Below are positions 61,571-64,000 of a stretch of 64,000 bases of DNA, one piece after another. Numbering within the stretch: the first letter of the stretch is position 1; each line of letters opens with the position of its first letter. Source of the DNA: Raillietiella orientalis (Eukaryota); NCBI GenBank assembly GCA_036172245.1, contig JAYWIR010000006.1:3286001-3350000 (forward strand), in the 5' to 3' direction. The translations under genes were made by a program, and so were the position numbers. The notes beneath the pieces were generated by a model that was not told where the DNA came from, ran no database searches, and saw only the letters and a list, made by a program, of their open reading frames with translations.

Positions 61571-62854
61571 TTTATCCCACCCCTTTTGGAACTTGGGGAA
61601 AATCGAAGAAAAGAATTTATGACGTAATGAAGCAAAGCATCTCCGAGGCATCTCTCGACATCGCGGACTTGGGGAACGGCTCTTGCGCTCAGCACCGTCA
61701 CCAACGGACGGAAAAGGCGAAAGACAAAAAAAAAAAAAAAAATGGATGAAACCAACCGTTGCATTTCCTGCTCCTATCCTTGGAAAGTTCCCTTCCTGAT
61801 ATGGGTCACTGTAAGACAAAGGTTCTGACAGAGTCCATCCGTCCTCAGAGATGAGGGCGAACCACGCGCATTCTGGAAACGAGAAGTAACCACTGTCCAT
61901 CGTGCTGCTTTGCTGCCCGTCCAGTTCCCGTGCAACTTACAGAGGTTAGAACCATTCGACAGCGCCGACTCGTCTGCGACCAGACTGCTACAGGAAGAGG
62001 TTGTTGCGGCTTATCTGCTGATTTTTAAGGCTGAAGCGAAAAGTGGTCCAATGTAATCAGCATACACGATCGCGGTATACGAGAGGAACGTCGCAAGAGC
62101 CATATCTTCTTCAGGGATGCCTTTGTTCCCAGTTGGACGCGCTCTCTGACCAGCTGGCCAGATGATGAAAATCCTTTAGGTTCTTCTGCTTCCTTCAGGC
62201 TTTTTTTCTTTTTATTCTTTCGGGTTTTCTGTTTCGGTTTGCCAAGTGCTGAGGAACTGTTCGCCTCCTCAAGGGGGACTCGCGAAATTCATTAACCCTT
62301 TGGCTGCGGAGCTCATCGGACTAAAATGTTCCGTGTTAACGTTCCGCGTGTCGCAGTGGCCATCCCTGTAGACGGAATGCTTTTTCGCGTACAGCGTGCA
62401 CGATCGAGGTACCGACTGACTACATAAAGAGCTGATCAAAGTCACTATTGTAATTGTTTATTCACATCGCATTAGATGGAATATTTCCATTTTTCCCAAA
62501 TATACAGCATTTATTCAAAAATTATAATTATAATTCGGATAAACCAAAATAATTCATGCACATTTTTAAGATATCACAAAGGCAAAAAACAATATAATAG
62601 ATTCTATATGACACCGAGAAAAATCGAGAATCGCGCGGTCGGTATGAGTAGAATTTTGTTTATTGTCGTTGCTAAGGGAACTAACTTTAAGAACGCAAGC
62701 AACTTATGCGTTCATCTGAAACATGGATAGTGCTAGCTTATACAAGGTGAAAACATTTGCCAGACGCATAGATGTGTCCATGGCACTCAACGCTGTCCAC
62801 GCCACCCGAGGGTCTGTTCCGCTCTTCAAGTTATAGGAGGCAACCCCGGATGAA

Positions 62855-63360
62855 CCACCCTATAAATCCAGGAACGTTCCGGAGGAGGGAAACCCTGTAC
62901 GCTTCGTGGGGGGAACCCCGAAGGGAATCCTCGCCCTGGTTGTCTCTGAAGGGACCTCCCGGAGGGGATCATTGCTCATTTCTTTTTTAGAGGAACCCGC
63001 AAGGGGACCTTCCCTTCTTTCCTCCTCCTCGAAGAGAACCCCGAAGGGACGCTCCCCGAAGAAAGCAGAGCGCTCCTCGACACTCTGGAGAGCCCCGAAG
63101 GGGATTTCCTCCGGTTACGAAAATGACATCGGTTTTTGGAAGGACCCCAGAAGCTCAACTTCCCACCCCGGCCAGCCAGCGAAGCATCCGGTTGCCACCA
63201 GTGCCACAGGCGTCGCCCTGCAGCGGGGACTCGAAACCCACAACGCGTCCCCCGTTCGCATCGTCGACCCCCCCCCCCTCCCCGGGCGGGATTCGAACTC
63301 CCGACGCTTGGTGTCACGCGCGGAGACGGCAGCCACGCGCTCGCTAACGCGTGCACGGTG
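62855..63360 (-). mobile_element. tRNA-headed SINE-like repeat, copy H
   Basis: ccctataaatccaggaacg...gaaccccgaaggg repeats...gggattcgaactcccgacgcttggtgtcacgcg (B-box GTTCGAATCCC on the minus strand). Confidence 0.7.
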
Positions 63361-63399
63361 GTCATCGGCATGACAGTCACGTGCTTGTCTTGGGATGGG

Positions 63400-64000
63400 G
63401 GCGCAGGCCCTCCCGTTTGGAGAGGACGGCCGAAGAGGCTTCGCCTTGAAAAACCGGCAATGTGGAGCTGCGGGGGCGTAGGCTCGCCTCCTGAGTGCTT
63501 TGCGTACGAAGCGCTGGAAAGGTAGCGCTTGAGCATTTTGATGTTCTGGTAACAGAGAATCTCTCCACTGAGACCTGCGGGTCATGTTCCCGTTTGTTGT
63601 GTCTGGAGCGGTCTTGGGCATGACGTCCACGTCGCCAATTTTGTTCCACCCGTGTTCATGTATTCGCCTCGACCACCCCACCGTCGCCCTCTATAGCTTT
63701 GGTTGCGGAATAGACGGTGAAGCCCGAGGCAGCAGCATGGGCAGAAAACGTCGACTGGAGGCGGACTCCCGCGGTGAACTCCGGAATGTCGTAGCCTCGG
63801 GAGCGCTCGAGCAGGAAGTTTGGCACGGTGGTGAGAGACTGCGGTGCCGAGGAAAAGACCAAGGGCTCCAACTCCGGTGGACCCCTCGCCACGGAGCCCT
63901 CGAACACTGCCGCAGGGCAGCTCTCCTCCAGAGACTCCAGGGAGACGCAGCGGCACGAGGCGTGGGAAGTTCCCCGCTCCAGGTATCTTCGCGTAGTCCC
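63400..64000 (-). pseudogene. Decayed ORF1-like remnant running off the window edge
   Basis: APHCRFFKAKPLRPSSP: the expected second Cys, His and last Cys are each one substitution away (TTC, CTT, TCT). Frameshifted upstream. Confidence 0.28.

Noticed and set aside
61620..61870. Third LINE 3' end on the minus strand
   Set aside because: The T-rich tract resembles the local LINE UTRs, but no protein motif or terminal hairpin could be confirmed.

Overview
This is eukaryotic (metazoan, probably arthropod/ecdysozoan) genomic DNA, not a prokaryotic region. At 2.9-6.2 kb is a compact AT-rich cluster of spliced genes that the ORF track splits up: MICOS subunit MIC19/CHCHD3 (+, 4 exons), an ALKBH2-like dioxygenase nested on the same strand inside MIC19 intron 1, and MRPL42 (-, 4 exons) converging tail-to-tail. 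Five of the cluster's six introns are only 42-49 nt. At 12.6-17.7 kb is a GC-rich 4-exon TRPA-family (pyrexia/painless-like) channel gene of about 910 aa, with a TA-flanked pogo/Tigger-type MITE in its last intron. The rest is largely a transposon graveyard: one near-complete but frameshifted L1/Tx1-type ORF2 (APE-RT-CCHC) with six 5'-truncated relatives, several sharing a covarying 3'-terminal stem-loop; an RT fragment from a second LINE family; seven copies of a tRNA-headed SINE-like element with a hairpin-repeat body; several ORF1/zinc-knuckle-like remnants with no ORF2; a probable hAT remnant; and a long foldback inverted repeat. The most interesting lead is the MIC19/ALKBH2 nesting, where the splice phases would allow an in-frame MIC19-exon1::ALKBH2 chimera. 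All gene models were read by eye and need RNA-seq and homology confirmation.
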